From contig CAVTNR010000014.1 in the NCBI GenBank assembly GCA_963736115.1, positions 128,001 to 192,000 of the forward strand: a DNA stretch of 64,000 bases, written 5' to 3'. The notes under the pieces are model-generated. The model saw only the letters and a program-made list of their open reading frames with translations. It was not told the origin of the DNA and did not search any database. Positions 31,092-42,098 of this stretch are shown here, piece by piece. This stretch comes from an uncultured bacterium (lineage in GTDB: Bacteria > Zhuqueibacterota > QNDG01 > DTFT01). How positions within the stretch are numbered: the stretch's first letter is position 1; each line of letters opens with the position of its first letter. A program made the position numbers and the translations under genes.

Positions 31092-33406
31092 TTAGAACTC
31101 GTACTCCATCCCCAGAATCGGCATCAGGGACCATTGATACACCTTGTCCGGTCTGTTCGTCACCGGGTTCCAGAAAACCGTCTGAACGTTTTTGTGATTA
31201 TAGGCGTTCCAGACGCACAGGTAGGCGATCAGGTTCGAGGCCCTGAAATGGAAACGGCGGTCCAGGCGCAGGTTCAATGAATGATAGGCCGGAAGCCTGG
31301 CCGCGTTGATCCGTTCCCCCTCCATCACTCCCCGATTCAAAGCCGTGGACGCATCCGCGTCGAAAGGCGTGTAGGGCGCTCCGCCTTCCACGATCCAGCG
31401 GCCGCTGATCTCCCAATTCCGGTCCGGTTTGAATCCGCCCTCCGCGGATAGAAGATACCGGACATCGAGCACGCGGTCTCTCCAGACACCGAGACCGTCC
31501 CGGTACCGGGTGCGGAACCAGGACGCGCCGATCAGGCCGTAGAAATTCCGGGCCATTTTCTTCTGAAGCAGTATTTCCAGCCCCTGTGAGAGGGCCTTTC
31601 CATCGCTGCGCAGAGGACCGTGTGAAGTGAAATAGGTGTAGCGATATTCCTGCTCGTCAAGAAGAAACAGTGCCGGCTGGACAGGGTCCATCGGGAAATT
31701 CCGGTAATCCTTCCGATAGACCTCTACGCTGAGCCTGGCGCTTTCGCCGAGCATCCGGCTGATGCCAAGAGCGCAATTCAGGGCCGAAGGATCGTCCAAT
31801 TTTCGATTCCGATCATTCTGGCTCATGAGCACCATCGGCAGGGTCTGACTGTACAGTCCGGTGGCCGCGGAAAGAGTGGTCCGGTCCGTGACACGCCAGG
31901 CCGCGGAAAGCCGAGGGGAAAACTCCGAACTCCCGTTGAAGGTGAAGCGGTCCCATCGTCCGCCGGCGTTCAGCGTCAGCAGGGGATGCGGCGACACTTC
32001 GACCGAGGCGAATGCCCCGAGTTTCCATCCGGAGAAGGTCCCGTAGACGCGGGCCGAGTCCGACGCCTCGCCGAGCGCGCCCGTCAAAGCCCCGTAACCC
32101 GTCCGGTAACGGTTGGAGATCCGACCCGCTTCAGCGCCGAACTCGACGGAGAGAGACGGTCCCACGATCAGGCGGTTCCGTCCGCGCAGTCGGATGGATT
32201 CCTCGGTCGAACGGTTCCGGATGACCGGAATCCCGGACCCTGTCTCGTCCCATTTTTCACGGTAAACGGTCGAGTTCCATCCCAGGGTCACGTTCGAAAA
32301 TCCGATAGAGCCCCAGAGGCCGCGCCACCCGATGCCTGCCGAGCTTTCCCGCGTGTCCTGGCTTCCGTAATACAGCATGTCGCCGGCGATCGCGGCGTCC
32401 CGGTCCGGCGCGTTGTGATCGTCCGCAGTGATGCCGATGAAGGACAGACGGTGCCTGGGGGAGAGATCCCAGACCGCCTTGCCCTGAACGTCGCCCCAGT
32501 TCGGCGGCGCCGTGCTCCCGATGTCCACGACTTTCGCGATCAGGTCGAAATAACTGCGGCGGGCCGAGGCCAGCCAGGATCCCTTTCCGCGGCCGAGCGG
32601 TCCCTCTCCGACTGCCCCGAAACCCGTGATGTTCATGTCCACCTGCCCCTCGTGACGGCTGCGATTGCCCTCGCGGAAGTCGACCGCCATGACCGAGGAG
32701 AGCCGGTCCCCGTACGCCGGGGAGAATCCGCCGGCCATGAACGTCACGTCCCGGATGAAATCGACATTGAGAATACCCATGGCGCCGCCCGATGCGCCCT
32801 GGGAGGGGAAGTGGTTGATGTTCGGAATTTCGATGTCGTCCACGTAATAGGCGTTCTCCATCGAGCTTCCGCCCCGGACGATCAGCTTGTTCGTCTGGTC
32901 GTTCACCTTCGCCACTGAGGGGAGGCTCATGACGATGCGGCTGACGTCTCCGGCGGATCCGGGAGCGCGGCGGATTTCCTCGTAGGAGAAGCCAACCGCG
33001 CCGACCGGGCGAATCCTCTGAATCCGAGAAATAACGCGCCCCTCACAGTGACGCCATCCATTCGCACCGCGGAAGGCTTGAGCCGCGCCTCTTCGAAAAC
33101 CATCCGGTCCGATTTGACGATGACATCGGGTTTTCGAAGCGTCTCATAACCGATATAACTGAAACGGAGGACGTAATGACCGACCGGGACGCCGGTGATC
33201 AGGAACCGGCCCTCTCCATCCGTCACTGCACCGAGCGGAGTGTTCTCCACGGTCACATTGGCCATGGGCAGGGGGGACTGTGTTACCCGGTCGAGAACGA
33301 TTCCCTGTATGGAACCGGAAAATGAGTTCTCAGCATGAACAGAAGAAGGGATCGATATTAAAATGGATTTAAGCATGTAAGTCAAAACAAAACAGATGTT
33401 TTTCAT
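31092..33406 (-). pseudogene. TonB-dependent receptor with carboxypeptidase-regulatory-like N-domain, split by two +1 frameshifts (or assembly errors)
   Basis: Frames join as VTVRG-/YFSDSEDSP/VGAVGFSYEEIRRAPGSAGDVSRIVMSLPSV; plug motif 'IVRGGS..EN....D...IPNINHF'; terminal 'MEYEF'. Confidence 0.8.
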
Positions 33407-33432
33407 GTATTTTCTCCGTCAAAAAACAAGCC

Positions 33433-33490
33433 TTTAAAACAATTGATTAAAACAATGGTTTAAATATACGGAAAAAAAATATTTTGTCAA
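33433..33490 (-). promoter_or_regulatory. sigma70 promoter of the TonB receptor with a tandem putative TetR operator
   Basis: Minus strand TTGACA-N16-TATATT (33490-33463); operator-like TTTAAAACAATTGATTAAAACAATGGTTTAAA. Confidence 0.6.
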
Positions 33491-33571
33491 TAGGGAATCT
33501 TTTGTTTCAGCCATTGTTGGAACGAGTCGTTATCTGCCATGGCTCTCTCCATCAGCCTTTCACCGGACATT

Positions 33572-34189
33572 TCAAGGATTGATACTACCGGCGCCGGATG
33601 CGGTCAGATATCTCTCCAGAAGATGATCTACATACGCCTTTCGTACGGTTTCATCCCTGAATCCTTTTCCCAGAAAATCATTGAAAAAATCAGGCAACAG
33701 CACGACCAGAGTCAAGGCGCTGAGTATCTGGACCACGGAATAACGGATTTTTTCTTCAGGTATGTTCGAACCGGACTCCCGAAGTCCTTCTGTGAACCGT
33801 TCGAGAAGCGCGTTGAACCGCGGCACGAACAGGTTTTCGTAACGCTCCTGCATGGCGGATTCGAACAGATAGGCGCGCGTCATGCCGGGGAACCGCATGC
33901 CCCCTTCGAAAAAATCCGTCAGAAAACCGCGGAACCGTTCGATCGGGGTAAGCTCCGGGTTGCTGAGGTACAGTTCCCAGTCGGAGAAGGCATGGTGGAG
34001 CGATGTCCGGACAGCCTCGGCGATCAGCAGATCCTTGGACCTGAAGTAATAATTGATGGCCGCGCTGTTCACGCCCGCTGTCTTTGGCGATGTTGACCGT
34101 ATGGTCAGGTTGTCGATGCCGTGCTTTTCGATGCATTCGATTGTCGCGTAAACGATTTTATCACGCGGGGTGACAATGTCGCTTTCCAT
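33572..34189 (-). CDS. TetR/AcrR family regulator
   Basis: 'RDKIVYATIECI...G...LTIR...AGVNSAAINYYFRSKDLL' HTH. Confidence 0.9.
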   Translation of the reverse strand: MESDIVTPRDKIVYATIECIEKHGIDNLTIRSTSPKTAGVNSAAINYYFRSKDLLIAEAVRTSLHHAFSDWELYLSNPELTPIERFRGFLTDFFEGGMRFPGMTRAYLFESAMQERYENLFVPRFNALLERFTEGLRESGSNIPEEKIRYSVVQILSALTLVVLLPDFFNDFLGKGFRDETVRKAYVDHLLERYLTASGAGSINP

Positions 34190-34208
34190 GGATGACCTCG
34201 ATCGTCCG

Positions 34209-34257
34209 TTTCAAACAGGTGATTGAAAAATATACAATGTTTTCAGGGTATAATCAA
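34209..34257 (-). promoter_or_regulatory. tetR promoter with putative autoregulatory operator
   Basis: Minus strand TTGATT-N17-TATATT; imperfect palindrome TTTCAAACAGGTGATTGAAA just downstream. Confidence 0.55.
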
Positions 34258-34327
34258 GGGGCAGGGAAAAATCGGTACTGCGCCGCGGCGCCGCATGGTC
34301 GAAGTCCCGGCGAAACGGATTGAAGCG

Positions 34328-37300
34328 TCAGCGTATGCAGACGAATTTCCGCGCTGCGATGAACCGCAGTCCTTCCCGGACGGCGCTCATCCGCACGATG
34401 TACACGCCGCTGGGAGCAGGCTCGGCCCATTGGCGCCGGTACTGTCCCGGTTCCATTTCTTCCTCCGCCACTGCGCTGACGCGCCTGCCGCGGACATCGA
34501 AAACCGCGACGGTCACTCTCGACCGGACCGGAACGTCCCATCGGATCGTGGTCGATCCGTTGAAGGGATTGGGGAAACACGGATGCAGTTCGAATGCCAC
34601 GGGAACGCCGGATTCACGGCGATTCACGGGCACGTTGAAGGAATTGGGTCGGCCCGGTGTTCCGCCCGTCTGCCGGCTCGCGGACCAGGCAGCGGGATCC
34701 GCATTGTCGTTTCCGGGATCGTCGAGCGAAAGCGTGGGACCCGATCCATCCGCCTCGTCGGGCCAGGGGTTTTCATCACCGAAAAAAATCGAATCCACCA
34801 TGTCGCCGTCATGGTCCGTGAGGGTGAGCGAATCCCCCGAGTTCTTGAAATTGAAAAGGATGCCGATCACGGGGTAGGGAACGTCGGGATGGAGAAGCCG
34901 GAACGCGGCCGGGTCCGCAGCCAGAACGGTATATCCGCGCGCATCGAGGACGGAACCCGGGGGAACCTCGAAGGGAGGATTGCGGAGGCCGGCGCGGAAA
35001 ATCCATCCGGACAGGTCCAGCGAGGCGTCCGACGGGTTGACCAGTTCCACCCAGTCGCCGGTGTCAAAGGAATCGGAAGAATGATAATTGATTTCGTTGA
35101 TGACCGGCCGATGCCGGCCGGAGTCGGGTTCGAACCGGGCCGTGAGGCTGAGAGGGCCGGTCGGGTCGATGGAGATTGTGATGGAGTCGCCGGTCCCGGG
35201 AATGGACCATCCGGTGAAGCGGTAACCGGGATTCGGCCTTGCGGTGATTTCGACCGGCACGCGCTTGAAATACGTGCCCGACCAGGGAAAGGCGTTCAGG
35301 TCCAGCGAATTGACGCGCAAGCCGCCCCCGGCCGCATCCGAGACGTTCAGCGTGATCTGTGCCGTTCCGGAAAGGCTGAATTGACTCATGAGGTGGCTCC
35401 GCAGAACGGGGATACGACGATCCGCGAAATCACGAAGACGGTCCACCTGGTTGTTCCAGCCCGGCGCCGAACCCGGCCACCGGATCCGGTGAAAGGGGAT
35501 TTCCGGCGCGATCAGGGCCGAAAGGCTGTCGATGACGTTCCGCACCCTGCGTTTCTCGAAAGTGGAGTTGAGATGATCCGCGGCCCGGTTGATGAAGCGG
35601 TTCCGGAAAACGGGATTTTCGACCAGCCGGCGGAAGAGAAATGTCGAGACGGGCGGATTCGGCCAGGCCGGGCCGGCGGGATCCAGCGCGAAGGCCAGGG
35701 TGTTGTGATGGACGCCGTCCGAATCGTATAATCCGAATCCGAAATCCGTGTCGTACAGGATCCACCGCCACCGGGCGCCCGGCGTCCTCGATTTCCAGAA
35801 TTTGATGTTGTTTCCCGGCCAATCCGTATTGTCGAAGTAGATCTCGGCACACATGTAGTCCATGTAATTGTCGAGATCGATGCGGTCGTGAATGAACACG
35901 TAAGCCTCATTGGAGGACATGTCCATCCCGGCCAGAGCGGTTGTCATGTCGTGATACGCGTCCGCTTGTCCTTCGATGACGCCGATTCCTGCGTCCCCCT
36001 CGAGTGCGAGCAGATCGATTCCGTCCGGATCCACGCCATGGTGCGAGGCAAGATAGTGGGCGTCCGGTTTTTCCCGGATGTTCATGATTCCCCAGTATTC
36101 ACCGTTGAGGAACACCGACGCCGGCCTGAAGGCGAGCGCGTCGATGGCCGTCCGGCTCCGCACCAGCGTCTGCATGAGTCCGTCACGGAACATCGTATAC
36201 TGCCAGTCGTTCCCCGAGTTCCGCAGGAGGAACGTCTCGAACCGGCGGATGTCCATGTCCGGAAAGAGTCGGTGATCGATCCTCCGCTCGTCGTAGACGT
36301 CCCTGAAATAAACCGCCAGAGACTTCTGGTCGAAGGCGCGGCTCCAGCCGCCGTATATCCGGATCCCCGTGTCGAGGCTGAAGGCGGGTGAGCCGTCGGT
36401 TTCGAAGAACTCGACGTGCGCGGGCCGCTCCCAGTCCTGCCAGAAGTTGGCGCCGAAATTCGGATTGTCCGGACTCGCGCCGGGGCCTAGGATGTAAATG
36501 CCGGATTCCCAGTCCCACAAGTCGGGGGGATCCACGGTCAGGGAAACGACAGGCAGGGTTTTTCGTTCCCCGACGAGGAAGGTCTGTGTGGTTATCGTAC
36601 TCGGCAGTAAACCCGGGCGGAACGAGCGGCCGCGGAGCACTCCGGTTTTCTTCATCGTCAGGAGCCGGCCGGCCGGGGGGGAATCTTCAGAAGGAACGGA
36701 GCCGTCCGTCGTGACCCGGACGGAATCCCCTGGGACGGCGGGAGATACGGAGACGACGCATTCGCCGGAATAGAAACCCGCGGGCGGATCGAATCGCGGG
36801 GCCGGAGTCACGCCGGTCACGAAAGGTGGATGGTTCGCAGTTCCGGGAGTCGCGGAGGACATCATACGCCACGCGTCTCTGCCGTCCGGAAAACGGCCCC
36901 AGGAGACCGATGCCGGGAGCGCCGGAACGGTCAGCGAATCCAGCAGGACACCCGCCGGATCGGAAAATACAAGCGTTTCTCCGGCTTTGATCTTGAAGTT
37001 CGCGTCAAGCGGGGGCGCGAACAGCGGAAGGCCCGGCCGCACACTGAAGGCGGGCCGGGAGGAGATTTTTCCGATGGTCAGAAAAGGAATCAGCGTCAAA
37101 TCGCCTGTGCCCTTGGCCGCGGCGTGGACCTGAATCGCCAGAACATTGGCGCCTTCCCGGAAAAGGCTCGCGTCGACGGTGATCGGAAACGCCACGGGCG
37201 GATCGCCCCTGCGCATCCGCGTCTCGGCCGGCGTGGTCGCGACCCGGTCCCACACCGGATGGTCCCCGCGGGGGCCCATGTTTCGACGCGCCACCTCGCG

Positions 37301-37873
37301 GCTGTTGATGTAGGCGACGAAACCGTCCTGGTAATCGACATGAAGAACGGCGAATGTGATCGAGTCCGATCCCGAGAGAATGAAGGTCCGTCTCGCGAAG
37401 AGGGAGGGCGCGCGTGGGACGGCGGTAGAGTCCGCCGAGTCTCCGGTCCCGAATCCGCTCGGGCCTTCGGGCCAGGAGGCGTCGTTGAAACGGGCCGTGT
37501 ACCAGGAACGGGAGAGTGCCGCGCTCCCGGGCTGGACTCTCCACACGTCGCCCCGATCCACCACGGTTTCAAACGCCATTCGATCCCGGAGGTCCTCGTC
37601 CGACGCGCGGATCAAGGCGAAGGATTTGGCCGGTATTTCGAGCCAGGGAAGCGTCCACTTGTCCGGCCGGTTCGGATCGTCCGAGAGACGGTATCCCTCG
37701 AGCCGGACGGCCTGCAGCGATGGATTGTACAGCTCGATCCAGTCGTGAAAGTCACCATTCGCGTCGGGAAGCAGCGAGACGTTGCGGGTCATGACCTCAT
37801 TGATGACGACGGTCTGGGGCGTCAGCCGGCCCCAGACCAGAACGATGATGAGCGGCAGGAAAATCCGTCTCAA
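34328..37873 (-). CDS. Secreted CotH-kinase-family protein with lamin-tail domains and T9SS-A-like tail
   Basis: 'LRNSGNDW', 'FLNGEYWGIMNIRE', 'DWPGNN', 'WRWILYDTDFG'; lamin-tail motifs at both ends; 'FPNPFN'. Confidence 0.9.
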   Translation of the reverse strand: MRRIFLPLIIVLVWGRLTPQTVVINEVMTRNVSLLPDANGDFHDWIELYNPSLQAVRLEGYRLSDDPNRPDKWTLPWLEIPAKSFALIRASDEDLRDRMAFETVVDRGDVWRVQPGSAALSRSWYTARFNDASWPEGPSGFGTGDSADSTAVPRAPSLFARRTFILSGSDSITFAVLHVDYQDGFVAYINSREVARRNMGPRGDHPVWDRVATTPAETRMRRGDPPVAFPITVDASLFREGANVLAIQVHAAAKGTGDLTLIPFLTIGKISSRPAFSVRPGLPLFAPPLDANFKIKAGETLVFSDPAGVLLDSLTVPALPASVSWGRFPDGRDAWRMMSSATPGTANHPPFVTGVTPAPRFDPPAGFYSGECVVSVSPAVPGDSVRVTTDGSVPSEDSPPAGRLLTMKKTGVLRGRSFRPGLLPSTITTQTFLVGERKTLPVVSLTVDPPDLWDWESGIYILGPGASPDNPNFGANFWQDWERPAHVEFFETDGSPAFSLDTGIRIYGGWSRAFDQKSLAVYFRDVYDERRIDHRLFPDMDIRRFETFLLRNSGNDWQYTMFRDGLMQTLVRSRTAIDALAFRPASVFLNGEYWGIMNIREKPDAHYLASHHGVDPDGIDLLALEGDAGIGVIEGQADAYHDMTTALAGMDMSSNEAYVFIHDRIDLDNYMDYMCAEIYFDNTDWPGNNIKFWKSRTPGARWRWILYDTDFGFGLYDSDGVHHNTLAFALDPAGPAWPNPPVSTFLFRRLVENPVFRNRFINRAADHLNSTFEKRRVRNVIDSLSALIAPEIPFHRIRWPGSAPGWNNQVDRLRDFADRRIPVLRSHLMSQFSLSGTAQITLNVSDAAGGGLRVNSLDLNAFPWSGTYFKRVPVEITARPNPGYRFTGWSIPGTGDSITISIDPTGPLSLTARFEPDSGRHRPVINEINYHSSDSFDTGDWVELVNPSDASLDLSGWIFRAGLRNPPFEVPPGSVLDARGYTVLAADPAAFRLLHPDVPYPVIGILFNFKNSGDSLTLTDHDGDMVDSIFFGDENPWPDEADGSGPTLSLDDPGNDNADPAAWSASRQTGGTPGRPNSFNVPVNRRESGVPVAFELHPCFPNPFNGSTTIRWDVPVRSRVTVAVFDVRGRRVSAVAEEEMEPGQYRRQWAEPAPSGVYIVRMSAVREGLRFIAARKFVCIR

Positions 37874-37929
37874 GGGATGCCCTTCAGCGATTCGATCTCG
37901 GAACGGAACATCATTGGGCGTTCCGCAGT

Positions 37930-37964
37930 AAAAAACGCCCGCGGGCCGAAGGTCCGCGGGCGTC
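37930..37964 (-). terminator. Rho-independent terminator after the PPIase gene
   Basis: Minus strand GACGCCCGCGGACC-TTC-GGCCCGCGGGCG-TTTTTT. Confidence 0.75.
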
Positions 37965-37987
37965 CGGAAAACCGTTTGTATGCCGGA

Positions 37988-39802
37988 TTAAAAATACCAG
38001 TCCCTGTAATCCTCAATTTTCCCCTTGTCCATGAGATCCTTCATCCACGCGGAATAGAACTGATTCTGCTTGCGCTGAAGGAGTTGACGTTTGTACGCAT
38101 CTTTCTGCGTCTCCCATGCCTGCATGTCCGCCGGCTGTTCAGCCAGCCCCATGAGTACGAAGGCGCCGCGGCTGCCTTCCACCGCGTCGGAGATCTGTCC
38201 GGGTTTCAGTTTGAAAGCCGCGGCCGAGAAGGCCTGATCGCGGCCCAGTTGGGGGATATAGCCAAGCGCCGTGAAGAAGCCCGTTTCGCGGACTTCCAAA
38301 CTGTCTCCGGCCGCTTCCGCTTCGAACCGGTCGGCGGACTGCACTTTCGCGCGGAAGGATTTGGCCGCGTTCAGCGCGGAGGCTTTCATCTTTTCGTTCC
38401 GGAGCAGGCCTTCGATGGTCGGTTTCAGGTCTTCGAGAGGCTTCACCCTGGCTTTCTGAATCTCCAGAATACGGAATACGACAATCGCATTGTCCATGTA
38501 TATGGGCGAACTCAGCCAGCCTTCGTCCTGCGCGAAGGCCAGGTGGTTGACGCGCGGGGCAAGGCCGATTCCGGGGACGAAGGATCCTTTTCTGAAAAGC
38601 GGTGTCTCCTGCGGCGTGTTTCCTTCACCTTCCGCTATTTCCTTGAACGCCTCGCCTTTGCTGGCCTGGAGTGATTTGACAAAGAATTCGGCACGCTGAT
38701 TGACGCTCTCCTGCGATTCCTGGCTGGTCTTGAAGGTCAGGAGAATATGGCTGGCCTGAACCGTGGTCTCGCCCTTTTCCTGCTTTCGCGCCGCCACCTT
38801 GATGAGATGGAGCCCGAATGGCGTCTGGACCGGACCGACCAGGTCGCCCGGCCTGGCCGAGAAAACCGCGTCTTCGAACGGCTTCACCATGGTACCCTTG
38901 CGGATGAATCCGAGGTCGCCGCCGTTCTCGGCATTGGACTTGTCCTCGGAATAATCCCTGGCCATTTCCGCGAAATCCGCGCCTTCCCGGATCTGCTGGA
39001 GGATGTCCCGGGCGTCCGCGCGCGTCGCCGCGCTGTCCTCGATCGTGGGCCGCATTTCAAACCGCACGTACTGTATCTTTCTCTGCTCCGGCTCCTCGTA
39101 GTCCTTCTGGTGCGACTTGTAATAGGAGGCGACGGCCTTGTCCGTAACGGAGGGGTCGTCCAGAACGGTGCGTGCCGGATCGAAGAAAACATACTTCACG
39201 TTGACTTTCGCGTTTTCCATGCGGTACGCGGTTTCAGCCTCGCCTTCCGAGACGCGTACCGAAGCGATGACCGACTGCTGGAGTTTCTGCACGGGAATCG
39301 CGGACCGGAAATAGCTTTCCACCGGGGTCCAGGCCTGAAAATAGCGCGTGTCGGATAGGGCCTCAAGGTACTTCTGCTGGTCGAACTGGCCGTCGGTCTG
39401 GAACTGCTCTGAGTTGCGGACGAAATCCGGCGGCGCGTTGCGCATGAAAAAGACGACTTCTTCCGGAGAGGCGGTGATGCCCTGGCGCTCGACCTCCTGC
39501 GCCATCAGCTTCTCGCGCACGACCTGCTGCCAGACCTGGTCGCGGATCTGGTTCCGCCTGAATTCCGTCAGGTCCTCGGCTTTCTCCTGCTCCCGCACGC
39601 GTCTGTATTCATCGTCGAGCATCTGCGCGAACTGCTGGTAATGGATGCGTTCGCCGTTGATCGATCCGATGATGCCCTCCTCGGTGACGTCCCCCCGGCG
39701 CTTGAATCCGCCCATGCCCCAGCTGAAGACGATGGTGCCGATGAACGTCAGCGCCACGATCCACATGATGATCTTCATGTTGTTACGGAGAGTCTGCATC
39801 AT
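37988..39802 (-). CDS. ppiD: Periplasmic chaperone/PPIase (PpiD/SurA-like, parvulin domain)
   Basis: N-terminal TM, SurA-like N-domain, 'FAEMARDYSED..NAENGGDLG...MVKPFE...TPFGLHLIK'. Confidence 0.85.
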   Translation of the reverse strand: MMQTLRNNMKIIMWIVALTFIGTIVFSWGMGGFKRRGDVTEEGIIGSINGERIHYQQFAQMLDDEYRRVREQEKAEDLTEFRRNQIRDQVWQQVVREKLMAQEVERQGITASPEEVVFFMRNAPPDFVRNSEQFQTDGQFDQQKYLEALSDTRYFQAWTPVESYFRSAIPVQKLQQSVIASVRVSEGEAETAYRMENAKVNVKYVFFDPARTVLDDPSVTDKAVASYYKSHQKDYEEPEQRKIQYVRFEMRPTIEDSAATRADARDILQQIREGADFAEMARDYSEDKSNAENGGDLGFIRKGTMVKPFEDAVFSARPGDLVGPVQTPFGLHLIKVAARKQEKGETTVQASHILLTFKTSQESQESVNQRAEFFVKSLQASKGEAFKEIAEGEGNTPQETPLFRKGSFVPGIGLAPRVNHLAFAQDEGWLSSPIYMDNAIVVFRILEIQKARVKPLEDLKPTIEGLLRNEKMKASALNAAKSFRAKVQSADRFEAEAAGDSLEVRETGFFTALGYIPQLGRDQAFSAAAFKLKPGQISDAVEGSRGAFVLMGLAEQPADMQAWETQKDAYKRQLLQRKQNQFYSAWMKDLMDKGKIEDYRDWYF

Positions 39803-39893
39803 AAGGCCTGCATCTCCTATGCTAATTCACTAAAAACCAAGATGTTTTGAACTCTTAATTTAATATATCAGGGCCTGAAAAGCAAGGTAATTC

Positions 39894-39922
39894 TTGACAT
39901 TAAAAGGGGGAATGGGTATATT
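39894..39922 (+). promoter_or_regulatory. sigma70 promoter of uvrB-purD
   Basis: TTGACA-N17-TATATT. Confidence 0.75.
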
Positions 39923-39930
39923 AAAAAACA

Positions 39931-40027
39931 GTTCATCGTTCATGGTTCATAGTTCATAGTTGTTAAAAAGTGAATCCTGCACTCAATCGCTCTTTTAACT
40001 ATGAACCATGAACTATGAATTATGAAC
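39931..40027. repeat. Inverted heptamer-array cassette 1
   Basis: (GTTCATN)x4 ... (AACYATG-like)x4 around a ~30-nt spacer. Confidence 0.9.
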
Positions 40028-40070
40028 TTATCATCCAACCCTGAAATTCCACCATACCCGGTCCACTCCC

Positions 40071-42098
40071 ATGCCCGATTTCGAGCTGATTTCCCCTTTC
40101 AAGCCCAAGGGCGACCAGCCCAGAGCCATTCTCGAACTGGCGGAAGGCCTGGGGCGCGGCGACCGGTTCCAGACCCTTCTCGGCGTGACCGGATCCGGCA
40201 AGACGTTTACGCTGGCCAGCGTGGTCGCGCAATTCAACCGGCCCACGCTGGTCATCTCGCACAACAAGACCCTGGCCGCCCAGCTCTACGGCGAATTCAA
40301 GTCGTTTTTTCCCAACAACGCCGTGGAGTACTTCGTCAGTTACTACGATTACTACCAGCCCGAAGCCTACGTTCCCAGCAGCGACACCTACATCGAGAAG
40401 GACACTTCGATCAATGACGAGATCGACCGGCTCCGCCTGAAGGCGACCAGCAGCCTGCTCGAGCGCAGGGATGTGCTCATTGTGGCATCGGTGTCCTGCA
40501 TTTACGGGCTCGGCTCCCCGACCGATTTCAAGAATCTCCTGCTGTTCCTGGAGAAGGGAGCGGAGGCGGACCGCCGGACGGTTTTCGAACGTCTCATCGA
40601 CATCCACTATACCCGGAACGACCTGGACTTCAGGCGCGGAACGTTCCGCGTGCGGGGGGACACATTGGAAATTTTTCCCGCATACGAGGAAATCGCGTTC
40701 CGGGTGGAAATGTTCGGCGACACGGTGGAGCGGATATCCGAAATCCGGCCCCTGACCGGGGAAGTGATCCGCGAACGCGAAAAAATCGCGGTGTATCCGG
40801 CCAAGCACTTTGTGACCACCACGCCCAAACTCGAGGCCGCGGTCGTCGCCATCGAGGCCGAATTGAAGGAGAGGCTCGAAACGCTACGCGGACAGGGCAA
40901 GCTCCTCGAGGCCCAGCGGCTGGAGATGCGCACCCGGTACGACCTCGAGATGATGCAGGAGATCGGGTACTGCAGCGGCATAGAGAATTACTCCCGGCAC
41001 ATGGCCGGCCGCAGTCCCGGCGAACGGCCGGAATGCCTGTTCGATTATTTCCCGAAGGACTTTCTGCTGATCCTCGACGAATCGCACGCCACCGTCCCCC
41101 AGATCCGGGCGATGTACAACGGCGACCGCGCCCGCAAGGAGACCCTGGTCGAATTCGGTTTCCGCCTCCCGTCCGCGCTGGACAACCGTCCGTTGAAGTT
41201 CGAGGAATTCGAGGCCATGATCCCGGCCGTGATCTTCGTCTCCGCGACCCCGGCTGATTACGAGCTGGAAAAAAGCGGGGGCGTGGTGGTCGAACAGATC
41301 ATCCGTCCGACCGGCCTGACGGATCCGGAAGTCGTGGTGCGGCCCTCGGCGAACCAGATCGACGATCTCGTCGCTGAAATCCGGAACCGGACGGCGCGGA
41401 AGGAGCGGGTGCTGGTCACGACTCTGACCAAGCGCATGGCCGAGGACCTGACGGACTACCTCGCGGAGCTGGACGTGCGCGTCCGGTATCTGCATTCCGA
41501 AATCGACGCGCTGGACCGCGTCGACATCATCCGCAGTCTGCGTCTGGCCGATTTCGACGTGCTTGTGGGCATCAATCTGCTTCGGGAGGGGCTCGATCTG
41601 CCGGAAGTGTCGCTGGTCGCGATTCTCGACGCGGACAAGGAGGGTTTTCTGCGTTCGGCCCGGTCGCTGATGCAGATCGCCGGACGCGCCGCCCGCAACC
41701 TGAACGGGACGGTGATTCTCTACGCGGACCGGGAGACGGATTCGATCCGCTTTCTGCTGGACGAAACCGCCCGAAGGCGCAGCCTGCAGTCACGGTACAA
41801 CGAGGCCAATGGAATCGTTCCGGAAACCGTGTACAAGAGCGTGCAGGACATTCTGTCCGCCACCGCGGTGGCGGATTCGAACGCCGCGGAGCCGGAGGCC
41901 GAAGAGGGTTTCCGGAATCTGGGCGCGGCCGAGCGGGAGGATCTGCTCTCGGTACTCACGGCGCAGATGCGGATGGCCGCGGAACAGCTTGAATTCGAGC
42001 GGGCGGCGGAATTGCGCGATGAAATCGACCGGATACAGGGGATGAAGAAGAAACCGGCCGCGTCCGGTTCTTACCGGTATTCAAGGAGAAAAAAATGA
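40071..42098 (+). CDS. uvrB: Excinuclease ABC subunit B
   Basis: '[10 protein letters not shown]', '[14 protein letters not shown]', 'DESH', '[14 protein letters not shown]', UVR domain. Confidence 0.98.
   Translation: MPDFELISPFKPKGDQPRAILELAEGLGRGDRFQTLLGVTGSGKTFTLASVVAQFNRPTLVISHNKTLAAQLYGEFKSFFPNNAVEYFVSYYDYYQPEAYVPSSDTYIEKDTSINDEIDRLRLKATSSLLERRDVLIVASVSCIYGLGSPTDFKNLLLFLEKGAEADRRTVFERLIDIHYTRNDLDFRRGTFRVRGDTLEIFPAYEEIAFRVEMFGDTVERISEIRPLTGEVIREREKIAVYPAKHFVTTTPKLEAAVVAIEAELKERLETLRGQGKLLEAQRLEMRTRYDLEMMQEIGYCSGIENYSRHMAGRSPGERPECLFDYFPKDFLLILDESHATVPQIRAMYNGDRARKETLVEFGFRLPSALDNRPLKFEEFEAMIPAVIFVSATPADYELEKSGGVVVEQIIRPTGLTDPEVVVRPSANQIDDLVAEIRNRTARKERVLVTTLTKRMAEDLTDYLAELDVRVRYLHSEIDALDRVDIIRSLRLADFDVLVGINLLREGLDLPEVSLVAILDADKEGFLRSARSLMQIAGRAARNLNGTVILYADRETDSIRFLLDETARRRSLQSRYNEANGIVPETVYKSVQDILSATAVADSNAAEPEAEEGFRNLGAAEREDLLSVLTAQMRMAAEQLEFERAAELRDEIDRIQGMKKKPAASGSYRYSRRKK

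Noticed and set aside
32990-33040. Programmed frameshift or phase variation in the TonB receptor
   Set aside because: No slippery heptamer or homopolymer, two separate shifts are needed, and neighbouring indels suggest assembly error.
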